Source: a bacterium (lineage in GTDB: Bacteria; Patescibacteriota; Minisyncoccia; UBA6257; Colwellbacteraceae). Taken from it: a stretch of DNA of 64,000 bases. The translations under genes and the position numbers were made by a program. Below, piece by piece: positions 18,629 through 27,536 of the stretch (positions are counted from its first letter, which is position 1; each line of letters begins with the position of its first letter). Under the pieces are notes generated by a model. The model searched no databases, was not told the origin of the DNA, and worked only from the letters and a program-made list of their open reading frames with translations. The stretch is from NCBI GenBank assembly GCA_029548485.1, contig JAKPNH010000008.1, positions 1,563-65,562 of the forward strand, written 5' to 3'.

Positions 18629-20632
18629 TTATTTCCTGTTCAATCCCGATTTCTTCAATTCGGGCTTTCTTTTCATTTGCTCGGTCAAAACCTTGATTTC
18701 ATCCCTCAAGATGGCCGCCAGCTCGAAATCGAGTTCTTTGGCCGCGGCTTTCATTTCGCGTTCTTTCTGTTTCAGCATCGCCTCCAAAGCCTTTTCCGAT
18801 CTCGGCACCGGCTTCATTTCCAAATCGAGCAGCTCGTCGGTCGGCAAAATGTCTTTCACTTCCCGGACGATCGTCCGCGGCGTGATGTGATGCTCTTCGT
18901 TGTAGGCGAGCTGTATTTTCCGACGGCGTTCGGTCTCGCTCATGGCCCGCTCGATCGATCCGGTGATCGAATCGGCGTAGATCAAAACCTGGCCCCTGAC
19001 GTTTCTCGCGGCCCGGCCGATCGTCTGGATAAGCGACGTCTCACTCCGCAAAAAGCCTTCTTTGTCGGCGTCGAGTATTGCCACCAACGAGACTTCCGGC
19101 AAGTCCAACCCTTCCCTTAAAAGATTCACGCCCACGAGCACGTCGAAGGCGCCCCGCCGCAAATTGGTAAGGATCTTGATCCTTTCCAGGGTCTTCACGT
19201 CGCTGTGGAGATAGGTCACCTTGATCTTTTGCTCTTCGAGATAAGAGCTTAAATCCTCGGCCATGCGCTTGGTCAAGGTCGTCACGAGCACCCTCTCTTT
19301 GGATTCGACCCGCTCCCTGATCCGCGGAATCAGATCGTCGATCTGGCCCCTGGCCGGACGGACAATAAGCTCGGGATCGACCAGGCCGGTCGGCCTGATG
19401 ATCTGCTCGACGATTTTTCCGCTGCGGCGCTTCTCGTGCTCTCCGGGCGTGGCCGAAGTGTAAATCACCTGGCCCACTCGCTTCTCGAATTCCGGAAAAG
19501 TGAGCGGCCTGTTGTCAGCGGCCGAAGGCAGCCTGAAGCCATATTCGATCAAAGTCTTTTTCCTCGAGGCGTCTCCTTCGTACATGCCCCTCAATTGGGG
19601 AACGGTCACGTGCGATTCGTCGATCACCACGAGAAAATCTTTGGGGAAATAATCGAGCAAAGTCGAAGGCGGTTCGCCCGCGGCCCGGCCGGAAAGATGA
19701 CGCGAATAATTCTCGATGCCGTTGCAATATCCGATTTCCCGCATCATGGCGATGTCGGCCCGGGTCCGGCGCTCCAATCTCTCGGCTTCCAAAAACAGTT
19801 TTTTGGATTCGAAAAACTTCAGCCTTTCCTCGAGTTCTTTTTCTATATTCGACAAAGCGGCTTCCCGCTCTTTGTCCAAGGTGATGAAATGCTTGGCCGG
19901 GGAAATGAAAACCTCCGGAACCGACGGAGTCTTGTCCGGCTCGTAGCCCGCGACTGGATCGATCCTCAATATTTCCGCGATTTCGCCGGATTCCAAACGG
20001 AAATTGTAGATCGTTTCCTCGTTCGGCGGCATTATTTCCCAGTTGTCTCCGCGAAGCCTGAAAGTGCCCCGTTTAAGATCGGCGTTGGTGCGATGGAACT
20101 GCATTTTAATGAATTGCCTCATCAGTTCCTGCCGCGTGATCTTGTCCCCGACTTTAAAATGAAGAATATTTTTCTCGTAAACTTCCGGGCTTCCCAAGCC
20201 GTAGATGCAGGAAACCGAAGCCACGATGATGACGTCTTTCCGGGTTAAGAGGCTCGTGGTCGCCGCGTGCCTAAGTTTGTCGATTTCGTCGTTGATCAAA
20301 GCTTCTTTGCCGATATAGGTGTCGGTCCGCGGCATGTAGGCTTCGGGCTGGTAATAATCGTAATAAGAGACGAAATAATGGACCGCGTTTTCCGGAAAAA
20401 GCTCCCGAAACTCGTTGCAGAGCTGGGCCGCCAAAGTTTTGTTGTGGGCTATCACCAATGTCGGCCGATTGACATCTTTGACGACGTTCGCCACGGTAAA
20501 GGTTTTACCCGATCCGGTAACGCCCAAAAGGGTCTGCTCTTTGAGACCCTGATTCAAGCCCGAAACCAGCTCTTCGATCGCCTTGGGCTGGTCTCCGGCC
20601 GGTTTGTTTTTGGAAATCAATTTAAACGCCAT
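18629..20632 (-). CDS. uvrB: Excinuclease ABC subunit B
   Basis: [27 protein letters not shown] and QTIGRAARN motifs; C-terminal UVR domain. Confidence 0.98.
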   Translation of the reverse strand: MAFKLISKNKPAGDQPKAIEELVSGLNQGLKEQTLLGVTGSGKTFTVANVVKDVNRPTLVIAHNKTLAAQLCNEFRELFPENAVHYFVSYYDYYQPEAYMPRTDTYIGKEALINDEIDKLRHAATTSLLTRKDVIIVASVSCIYGLGSPEVYEKNILHFKVGDKITRQELMRQFIKMQFHRTNADLKRGTFRLRGDNWEIMPPNEETIYNFRLESGEIAEILRIDPVAGYEPDKTPSVPEVFISPAKHFITLDKEREAALSNIEKELEERLKFFESKKLFLEAERLERRTRADIAMMREIGYCNGIENYSRHLSGRAAGEPPSTLLDYFPKDFLVVIDESHVTVPQLRGMYEGDASRKKTLIEYGFRLPSAADNRPLTFPEFEKRVGQVIYTSATPGEHEKRRSGKIVEQIIRPTGLVDPELIVRPARGQIDDLIPRIRERVESKERVLVTTLTKRMAEDLSSYLEEQKIKVTYLHSDVKTLERIKILTNLRRGAFDVLVGVNLLREGLDLPEVSLVAILDADKEGFLRSETSLIQTIGRAARNVRGQVLIYADSITGSIERAMSETERRRKIQLAYNEEHHITPRTIVREVKDILPTDELLDLEMKPVPRSEKALEAMLKQKEREMKAAAKELDFELAAILRDEIKVLTEQMKRKPELKKSGLNRK

Positions 20633-20685
20633 TTGAACAGCAAAATTTCCCCCGGTTTTGCTTTCATATAAGGGAGTATGAAGGG

Positions 20686-20714
20686 TTTATACCACAAAAA
20701 CAACGGAAAATCAA
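20686..20714 (-). promoter_or_regulatory. Putative sigma70 promoter of the uvrB operon
   Basis: Minus strand TTGATT-17 nt-TATAAA with extended TG. Confidence 0.5.
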
Positions 20715-20801
20715 GGGAGGTTTTAATTAGTATAGACTTTAATACCCGCTTTTATTATGATAAAAAAAGTAACTTAACATTTTGCTAAGGAGGATAATAA
20801 G

Positions 20802-21329
20802 ATGGGGTCCTTAGGCACGACAATTATCATAAAACCCGATGCGTTTCTTGATAATGTCGATTGGCTTGTGATTAAGGATTTCATTGAAGCTGGCGTTCAA
20901 GTCATCTGGGGGAAATATGTCCAGATACCAGAAGAAGCCGTCAGATATCTTTACGCAGATCAAACTATGAAACCATTCTACTCTTCTATAGTGAGGTCTA
21001 TCACTATAGGTACATCTTTAATTCTTGTCGCGGTTATCGATGACATCTCACGCCTTCGCAAGATTAAGGGTGTTCCTGGTATATCTGGTATTCGTGGCAA
21101 GTATTGTCTGTCTAAAGAAGCGCTGGCATCTACTGGATTATCGGGGGAGAACCTTGAAGATAAAGTTTCGGAGAATAGAATCCATACCCCCGATTCTCTT
21201 GAAGAGACGGCTATAATTCTACAGATGTTTTTTACCGACCAGGAAATAAAAACAATAAAACTACATCCTGCATTTTCATTCCTGGAAGAATTCGATAGAA
21301 TTATAGCGCTACCTAAATTCTCTGGATAA
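20802..21329 (+). CDS. Nucleoside-diphosphate kinase-like protein
   Basis: IIKPDA, KPFY, GIRG and NRIHTPDS (catalytic His of N-x-x-H-G-S-D); strong AAGGAGG SD. Confidence 0.8.
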   Translation: MGSLGTTIIIKPDAFLDNVDWLVIKDFIEAGVQVIWGKYVQIPEEAVRYLYADQTMKPFYSSIVRSITIGTSLILVAVIDDISRLRKIKGVPGISGIRGKYCLSKEALASTGLSGENLEDKVSENRIHTPDSLEETAIILQMFFTDQEIKTIKLHPAFSFLEEFDRIIALPKFSG

Positions 21330-21360
21330 AAACATCATGGTATTCGCCATGATGTTTTTT
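21328..21360. terminator. Terminator after the ndk-like gene
   Basis: aaaaacatcatgg-tattcg-ccatgatgtttttt. Confidence 0.75.
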
Positions 21361-21383
21361 GTAAATCAAATTATTATTTAAAG

Positions 21384-21908
21384 ATGAATGGACATAAAAT
21401 TCATATTACTTGTATCAACGGCTCTTCTATAGATGGACGAATTACTGATGTCCATCGCCACTTTCACCAATGGTCCAGCCAAGAAGATCAGAAGTTTCTT
21501 AAATCAGAAATCAAAAAAGCCGACTGTATTATTGTGGGTTATATAACTTATAAACGTTCAGTTAATTTATTAAAGAATAAAAGAACTATCGTATTTAATC
21601 GTAGAAATATAAAATATCTTGGTAATAATATCTATTTTATTAAACCGAACAGGAAAACTCTTTTTAAAATATTACATTCTACACAATCAAGAAAAGCACT
21701 TGTAATAGGTGGAATGAACACATATTCATGGTTTATAAAACAAAATATAGTAGATAAATGGTACATAACAATAGAACCATACTTTTTTGGCACCGGGCTG
21801 CCTCTTTTAAAGATTAAGGAGTTTAAACCTAAAAATGCTCGATTAGAATCAGTTAAAAGAATTAATAATAAAGGAACTCTATTATTAAAATATAGTATCA
21901 ATAAATAG
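21384..21908 (+). CDS. Dihydrofolate reductase / RibD C-terminal reductase family protein
   Basis: SIDGRI, W..EDQ.F, IIVG..TY, VIGG and D...ITIEP.FFG.G motifs. Confidence 0.85.
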   Translation: MNGHKIHITCINGSSIDGRITDVHRHFHQWSSQEDQKFLKSEIKKADCIIVGYITYKRSVNLLKNKRTIVFNRRNIKYLGNNIYFIKPNRKTLFKILHSTQSRKALVIGGMNTYSWFIKQNIVDKWYITIEPYFFGTGLPLLKIKEFKPKNARLESVKRINNKGTLLLKYSINK

Positions 21909-21930
21909 TTTCCTTATTACAACTATTGTA

Positions 21931-22506
21931 TTAATAAATATGCCCAAATTGATGTAAATACTTATATACAATCTCCATAGGCATGCCGTAAGCTCCGGTA
22001 TATGAACCATTGATCGATTGAACCAAAGTAAATCCGGGTGCATCAATAAACAAACCTAAACCACTCGCCATTCTTAATGGAAAATTATCTTTAAAAAGTC
22101 TTTCTAGGTCGCTACGATCAAATTTTTGATACGTAATTCTCGTCTTCGATAACTTGGTGAAGAAACCTTTTCGCGGATCGTACAAAGTTATTCCGGTTAA
22201 CGCAAGTATCTTTTTCCCGCTTTGCTTAATAGCCATACGATAAGCCTCTTCCATATCTTTAGGCTTGCCGATAGTTTCTCCATCAAGAAGAGTTAAGGTG
22301 TCTGCGGCAATAATTATCGATTCCGGATGCCTATCTCTAACTGATTCGCATTTCTCTAGTGAAATCCCCCGTACTCGATCTTCGGGATCCAAATAATCAA
22401 ACTTGGACTCGTCTATATCGGCCGGATCAATGTTAAAATCAAGCTTTGATTTTTCTAAAACAAGTTTCTTAAGAAAGGAATTTGACGCTAGGATTATCTT
22501 TTTCAT
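21931..22506 (-). CDS. Maf-family nucleoside triphosphate pyrophosphatase (divergent)
   Basis: IILAS.S, DIDE, IIAADT, GKP, QSG, TG and final G-x-P motifs. Confidence 0.85.
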   Translation of the reverse strand: MKKIILASNSFLKKLVLEKSKLDFNIDPADIDESKFDYLDPEDRVRGISLEKCESVRDRHPESIIIAADTLTLLDGETIGKPKDMEEAYRMAIKQSGKKILALTGITLYDPRKGFFTKLSKTRITYQKFDRSDLERLFKDNFPLRMASGLGLFIDAPGFTLVQSINGSYTGAYGMPMEIVYKYLHQFGHIY

Positions 22507-22509
22507 TTA

Positions 22510-23157
22510 TTATTTATGTTTTTTAGCTCTATATTTATTATAGACTTTATTATATGCAGAAAGATTCATCCATTCCCAAGGATATTCTATATATTGCATA
22601 GTTTCCTTCATAGATATTTTCTCGCTATATACATTAGGTTGTATGATGGCTTTTTCTCGCCAAGGGAAATCTCGTGCTCCTTTAAAATCCACAAAGTGTA
22701 AAGTCGCTATGCGAGAATCTGTATTAAACTTACGATCTATATATTTTTTTACAAATAAAGCAGTCCTGCCCGTTATATATGGTGTATCTAAAATCCAGAT
22801 CTCTCCGCCGTTCTTCATTAATTCTTTAATACTAACGCTTGAAAGATTATCTAAACCTTGCTCTAGAATAGGACGCTCTTTACTTGTATTATGATTAATA
22901 TACGATGCTATTACAGTAAATATCTTATATTTAATTTTTTTATTTTCGAAGAAATTGCACAGAATTCTAGAAAAAACCCATGCTCCACGACCTACTGAAA
23001 TAAATATTGGATGTTTACTAATCTTTTTTATCTTATGTGCGATAATCTCTGTCTGGCAAAAAATGTCATTAAAATCATACCAGATTCCATGTCCTGTTTT
23101 GTACGCCGTAAATAATCGCCGATCTTCTCGAGATCTTATTGTCTGTCTATTCTTCAT
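22510..23157 (-). CDS. Type I phosphoribosyltransferase-like protein (Gpt/archaeal HPRT-like)
   Basis: SVGRGA (cf. IARGG), ILDTPYITGRT (cf. VDD..DTG.T), IATLH and YIEYPWE (cf. WI.FPWE). Confidence 0.7.
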   Translation of the reverse strand: MKNRQTIRSREDRRLFTAYKTGHGIWYDFNDIFCQTEIIAHKIKKISKHPIFISVGRGAWVFSRILCNFFENKKIKYKIFTVIASYINHNTSKERPILEQGLDNLSSVSIKELMKNGGEIWILDTPYITGRTALFVKKYIDRKFNTDSRIATLHFVDFKGARDFPWREKAIIQPNVYSEKISMKETMQYIEYPWEWMNLSAYNKVYNKYRAKKHK

Positions 23158-23226
23158 AATAATTTTAAGCCTACAATATACCTCTTATATTGACAAATAT
23201 ACTTATTTGTTATAAAAAACATATAA

Positions 23227-23784
23227 ATGAATAATGAATCTTTAGAGGATGCCTGCAAAAAACTCGTTAGCGTTCTTAATCCAGAATGGGAGACAAATCC
23301 CGACATGAAGGAAACCCCTTTAAGAATTGCTAAAATGTATGCTAGCTTCTTTAGAAACGAAGACACCACGCAATATTTTAGTAAAAGATTCCCTACTAAA
23401 AACAAAGAGTTAGTTATTTTAAAAAATATTGAATGTTTCGGTATGTGTCCACATCACCTTACGCCCGTAATTTATAATGTGCATATAGGATATATTCCGC
23501 GTGGTTGGGCTATCGGTCTAAGCAAATTAGCTAGAATTGCTATTGCTTTATGTAGCTACCCTAAACTTCAAGAGAACTTTACTTCAGAAGTAGCTAATGT
23601 CATTAATGATAATTTAAAGCCTAGAGGAGTAATCGTTGTGGTAGAAGGTATTCATAACTGTATTAGATGCCGAGGAGTTGAAAAGCTTTCAACATGTATA
23701 ACTTCTGAGATCAGAGGAGTATTTATTAATCATCCTGAAACTAAACAGGAATTTATTAGTTTAATAAGTTTAAACAATTATTGA
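23227..23784 (+). CDS. folE: GTP cyclohydrolase I
   Basis: ETPLR.AK, CPHH, GYIP, GLSKLAR, LQE, H.C...RGV and RGVF...EF motifs. Confidence 0.9.
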   Translation: MNNESLEDACKKLVSVLNPEWETNPDMKETPLRIAKMYASFFRNEDTTQYFSKRFPTKNKELVILKNIECFGMCPHHLTPVIYNVHIGYIPRGWAIGLSKLARIAIALCSYPKLQENFTSEVANVINDNLKPRGVIVVVEGIHNCIRCRGVEKLSTCITSEIRGVFINHPETKQEFISLISLNNY

Positions 23785-23813
23785 TATAAATCCATTATTA
23801 AAAATGGATAAAT

Positions 23814-24401
23814 CTACTTGTAATAAGCCCGGTTTTCCATCCGGAAATCCACGTACTGGAGGTTTTTCATTTCCCCGGATTTCATCAGTGATTCCAAAAC
23901 CGGAACCGCGAAATCCGGAGAGTTCTTGAGGCTGAAATAAAACTTGGTTCCGGAATCGATTTCGATACACGCCTCCTTAAGGGATAGATCGCCGAGATCA
24001 ATGACGCCGAAATTGAAGCCGAGCTCTTTCATGATCGCGGAAATCCGGTAAAGGTTTTCGGCTTCGCTCAAGTCAAGCGCCTGGTCTCCGGTTTTCATTC
24101 CGTCCGAAAGCGCCTTCACGGTTTTGATCAAACTCCCTTCGGTTTTCGGGGCCTCCTCGAAAAGCCTGCCGTCGCTTCCCAGCCAAAAGCATTTTTCGGA
24201 GCACCAGATGATGGTTTTTTCCGGCAAAAGAGCCGGGTCGGCCGCGTCCGGATCTCCGGACGTAATCTTCTCGTAAACGAACACCGCCTTGGCCAAAGCC
24301 CAATCCTTCAAAGAAACCAAATAATCGGGATTAGTTTTCCAAAACCACCCGATTCCGGCGACGGCGATTATAAGCGATACGAGCCGAATGATCCGGCGCA
24401 T
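23814..24401 (-). CDS. FtsQ/DivIB-like membrane protein
   Basis: N-terminal TM helix and C-terminal LQYVDFRMENRAYYK (FtsQ-like YIDLR end). Start moved to MRRII at 24401. Confidence 0.55.
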   Translation of the reverse strand: MRRIIRLVSLIIAVAGIGWFWKTNPDYLVSLKDWALAKAVFVYEKITSGDPDAADPALLPEKTIIWCSEKCFWLGSDGRLFEEAPKTEGSLIKTVKALSDGMKTGDQALDLSEAENLYRISAIMKELGFNFGVIDLGDLSLKEACIEIDSGTKFYFSLKNSPDFAVPVLESLMKSGEMKNLQYVDFRMENRAYYK

Positions 24402-24405
24402 TGTT

Positions 24406-25641
24406 TTATCTCTGAATGGACAGCTTCTCCTTTCCGACAAAATCCCGCAAAGCTTCCGGCACCAAGACTTCTCCGGCTGCGGTCTGGTAGTTCTCCAGAA
24501 TGGCGATGAGCATCCGGCCTATGGCGAAAGCGGTCGCGTTCAGAGTATGGACGTATTTCGATTCTCCGGTGGATTTGACGCGGTATTTGATGTTCAGCCC
24601 ACGCGCCTGGAAATCGCCGGTATTCGAACAAGACATGGTTTCGCGGTATTTTCCCTGTCCGGGAAGCCAGGTTTCCACGTCGAACTGCCGGTAATCCCCG
24701 AATCCCATGTCGCCAGTGCAAATGGCCATCACCTGGTAAGGGAGCTTGAGCTTTCCTAATAGTTCTTCTTCTCTCGCGAGAAGGAATCTATGCTCTTCTT
24801 CCGAATCTTCGGGCTTGGAAAAAGAAAACATCTCCACTTTGTCGAACTGATGCACGCGTAGTATTCCTTTGGTGTCTTTGCCGTAGCTTCCGGCTTCGCG
24901 TCGGAAACAGGTGGAAAATCCCATGTAGCGCCTGGGCAACGACTCCTCGTCCAGGGTTTCTTCCATATGCAAGGGGCCGATCGAATGTTCGGAGCTGCCG
25001 ACAAGGTAAAGATCGTCTTCCTGGATGTAAAAAGCGTCTCCGGCTTCCAAGAACTTTTGCTTGCCCATTCCCTTCATGATTTCCGGTTTAGCCATCACTG
25101 GCGGGATGGTGGGAATGAATCCGTAGGGTTCTAGCGTGTCCATGGCGAGTTTTACCAAAGCGAATTCCAGCCTCGCCAAATCTCCGAAAATATACCCGAA
25201 CCTGCTCGAAGCGACTTTGGCCGCCTGTTCGGTGTTAATCAATTTCCCCGCCAGGAACAGATAATCCCTAGGCTCGAAACCGAATTCCGGCCGTTCGCCG
25301 ACTTGCTTCAAGACGATGTTTTCGCTGTCGTCTTTGCCCTCCGGAACATCGTCCGCCGGAATGTTCGGAATCTGCTCCAGGATAGCCTGCCTTTCTTTTT
25401 CCAAACCGACGATCGCCTCTTCTTTGGCCGCGATTTCTTCTTTGACGGCCTTGGCTTCGTTTCTCGATTCCGGTCCGAAAGCCTTTTGCTTGGCTCGGAG
25501 CTCGTCGATTTCTTTTTTCCCGGCGCGCCAGTCGGCGTCGAGCTCCAGAAAAGTGTCCACCAGCCCGGGATCATAATTTTTGCGCTCCATGCCCTTTCTG
25601 GCTTTTTCGGGATTCTCCCTGATTAAATTGATGTCGATCAT
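24406..25641 (-). CDS. serS: Serine--tRNA ligase
   Basis: MIDINLIR, CFRREAGSYG.DT.G..RVHQF.KVE, SCSN.GDFQAR and HTLNAT. Confidence 0.97.
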   Translation of the reverse strand: MIDINLIRENPEKARKGMERKNYDPGLVDTFLELDADWRAGKKEIDELRAKQKAFGPESRNEAKAVKEEIAAKEEAIVGLEKERQAILEQIPNIPADDVPEGKDDSENIVLKQVGERPEFGFEPRDYLFLAGKLINTEQAAKVASSRFGYIFGDLARLEFALVKLAMDTLEPYGFIPTIPPVMAKPEIMKGMGKQKFLEAGDAFYIQEDDLYLVGSSEHSIGPLHMEETLDEESLPRRYMGFSTCFRREAGSYGKDTKGILRVHQFDKVEMFSFSKPEDSEEEHRFLLAREEELLGKLKLPYQVMAICTGDMGFGDYRQFDVETWLPGQGKYRETMSCSNTGDFQARGLNIKYRVKSTGESKYVHTLNATAFAIGRMLIAILENYQTAAGEVLVPEALRDFVGKEKLSIQR

Positions 25642-25645
25642 TTTA

Positions 25646-26989
25646 TTATTGAAGCTGTTTTTTCGGCCTTAGGGTCGGAAAGATTATTATTTCTTTCAGG
25701 GGCTTGCCGGTGATGAGAGACACCAGCCGATCGATGCCGATACCGATTCCGGCCGCCGGCGGCATGCCGTATTCGACGGCTTCGATGAAATCCTCGTCGA
25801 ACCTGGTCGTTTCCTCGTCTCCGGCCCGATAACGTTGCTCCTGGTCTTCCATGCGTTCGCGCTGGTCGATCGGATCGTTCAATTCCGAAAAAGCGTTGGC
25901 CACTTCGGTTCCCTTGACGATCAGCTGGAACCTTTCGACGAGCCGCGGATCTTTTTCGTCGAGCTTAGCGAGCGGCGAGATGGCTTTCGGGTGTCCGGTA
26001 AGAAACACCGGCTTCACCAGCTTCGGACGCACCTCTTTCTTGAAAACCTCGTCGATTTTGCCTTCGGGAATCTTCATCAGATCGCGGCCGGCGTATTTTT
26101 TCATCGCCTCCGCGTAGGTGATCCGGCCGTATTTTCCCGGAATGAATTTTTTCAGAAGCTTTTCCGTGAATTTCATCAAACCTTCGTAATCCTGGTAAGC
26201 CCAGTAAAGCTCGAGCATGGTGAATTCCGGATTATGCTCGCGGTCCATGCCTTCGTTCCTGAAATTCCGGCCGATCTCGAAAATCTTGGAGAATCCGGCG
26301 ACCAAAAGCCTTTTCAAATAGAGCTCAGGGGCCACCCTTAGATAAAAATCCGTGTCCAGTGCGTTGTGGTGCGTTTTGAAAGGCCTGGCGAGCGCTCCCC
26401 CGGGAATCGGCTGGAGCATCGGCGTTTCCACTTCCATAAATCCTTCAGAGGCCAATGTTTCCCGAAGCGAGGCCAGGATTTCCGAACGCAAAACCAGGTC
26501 TTTTTTGACGTCCTCGTTCAAAATTATATCGAGATACCGCTTTCGGAACCGCTCTTCGACGTCGTCCAGACCGAACCAACTCGAAGGGATCGGCCGCAGC
26601 GATTTCCCGACCAAACGGCAAGCTTTGGCTTCGACGCTTTTCTCGCCTTTTTTCGTTTTGAACAGGATTCCGCCGACTTCCATGAAATCTCCGGCGTCGA
26701 AGATTTCTTTCAAAAACTTGAAATCTTTCAGGTTTTTTTTCGTCAAAACAGCCTGGATTTTTCCGGTACCGTCGTCGATATCGGCGAAAATCACGCCTCC
26801 CTGATCGCGGAAAGAAATAACCCTTCCGACCAAATAGACTTTCTTCTTTTCCCGGCTGAACTTCGCAAATCCGTTCAAAGCTTCGGCCACGGACATGGTC
26901 CTTTTCACTCTCGCCGGATAAGGATTGATCCCTTCCCGGCGCAGTGTCTCCAGCTTTTTCCTCCGCGATTCGATGATATCTTCCAGCAT
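25646..26989 (-). CDS. lysS: Lysine--tRNA ligase (class II)
   Basis: EVETP, GGA.ARPF.TH, APELYLKRL, FRNEG.D.EHNPEFT and YGMPP.AG.GIGIDRL. Confidence 0.97.
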   Translation of the reverse strand: MLEDIIESRRKKLETLRREGINPYPARVKRTMSVAEALNGFAKFSREKKKVYLVGRVISFRDQGGVIFADIDDGTGKIQAVLTKKNLKDFKFLKEIFDAGDFMEVGGILFKTKKGEKSVEAKACRLVGKSLRPIPSSWFGLDDVEERFRKRYLDIILNEDVKKDLVLRSEILASLRETLASEGFMEVETPMLQPIPGGALARPFKTHHNALDTDFYLRVAPELYLKRLLVAGFSKIFEIGRNFRNEGMDREHNPEFTMLELYWAYQDYEGLMKFTEKLLKKFIPGKYGRITYAEAMKKYAGRDLMKIPEGKIDEVFKKEVRPKLVKPVFLTGHPKAISPLAKLDEKDPRLVERFQLIVKGTEVANAFSELNDPIDQRERMEDQEQRYRAGDEETTRFDEDFIEAVEYGMPPAAGIGIGIDRLVSLITGKPLKEIIIFPTLRPKKQLQ

Positions 26990-27032
26990 GGTTTTATTGA
27001 ATAATCTTAAACCATTTCTTCTTATTTACAAA

Positions 27033-27054
27033 TTCCCCCGCTTTTGGCGGGGAA
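27033..27054 (-). terminator. Hairpin/terminator after greA
   Basis: ttcccccgc-tttt-ggcggggaa imperfect inverted repeat. Confidence 0.55.
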
Positions 27055-27067
27055 CTCGAAGACTTTA

Positions 27068-27529
27068 TTATTCTCCGATCTTAGTTACGAGATAGGCGAT
27101 TTCCTGGCCGGCCGGATTCTTGAACACGGCCTCGTCCCCGACCTTCTTGCCGAGGAGCGCCCGGCCGAGCGGAGACTCGTTCGAAATCAACCCTTCTTCC
27201 GGCTTGGTTTCGTTGGAGCCGACGATGACTATCTTTCTCTTATCGCCGTTCCGCGCCACTTCGACGGTCGAACCGATGTCGACCACTTCCTGCTGGGCGA
27301 CTTTTTTAATGATGACGGCGCTTTTGATGATGTCTTCCAATTCTTCGATGCGGCTTTCGATCCGGTCCTGCTCCTCCCTCGCGTTCTCGTATTCGGCGTT
27401 TTCCGAAAGATCCCCGTATTCCTTGGCTTTCTTGATCCTGTCGGAAACCTCGATCCGGCTCACGGTTTTCAGTTCGACCAATTCTTTCTTCAACTCCTCA
27501 AGCCTTGCGGCCGACAAATAATAATTCAT
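27068..27529 (-). CDS. greA: Transcription elongation factor GreA
   Basis: GDLSENAEY acidic tip and IS.ESPLG.ALLGK.VGD. Confidence 0.96.
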   Translation of the reverse strand: MNYYLSAARLEELKKELVELKTVSRIEVSDRIKKAKEYGDLSENAEYENAREEQDRIESRIEELEDIIKSAVIIKKVAQQEVVDIGSTVEVARNGDKRKIVIVGSNETKPEEGLISNESPLGRALLGKKVGDEAVFKNPAGQEIAYLVTKIGE

Positions 27530-27536
27530 TTGTTTT

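Larger units (their letters stand above)
20720..23813. other. AT-rich, probably horizontally acquired island (5 CDS)
   Basis: Abrupt, visible switch to AT-rich sequence and codon usage between uvrB and the ftsQ-like gene; mixed gene orientation; no integrase or att repeat found. Confidence 0.75.

Noticed and set aside
20720-23813. Island as a Dpd/7-deazaguanine modification system or a prophage remnant
   Set aside because: No queC/D/E, dpdA/tgt, integrase, att repeats or structural phage genes in the window; kept only as an open hypothesis.
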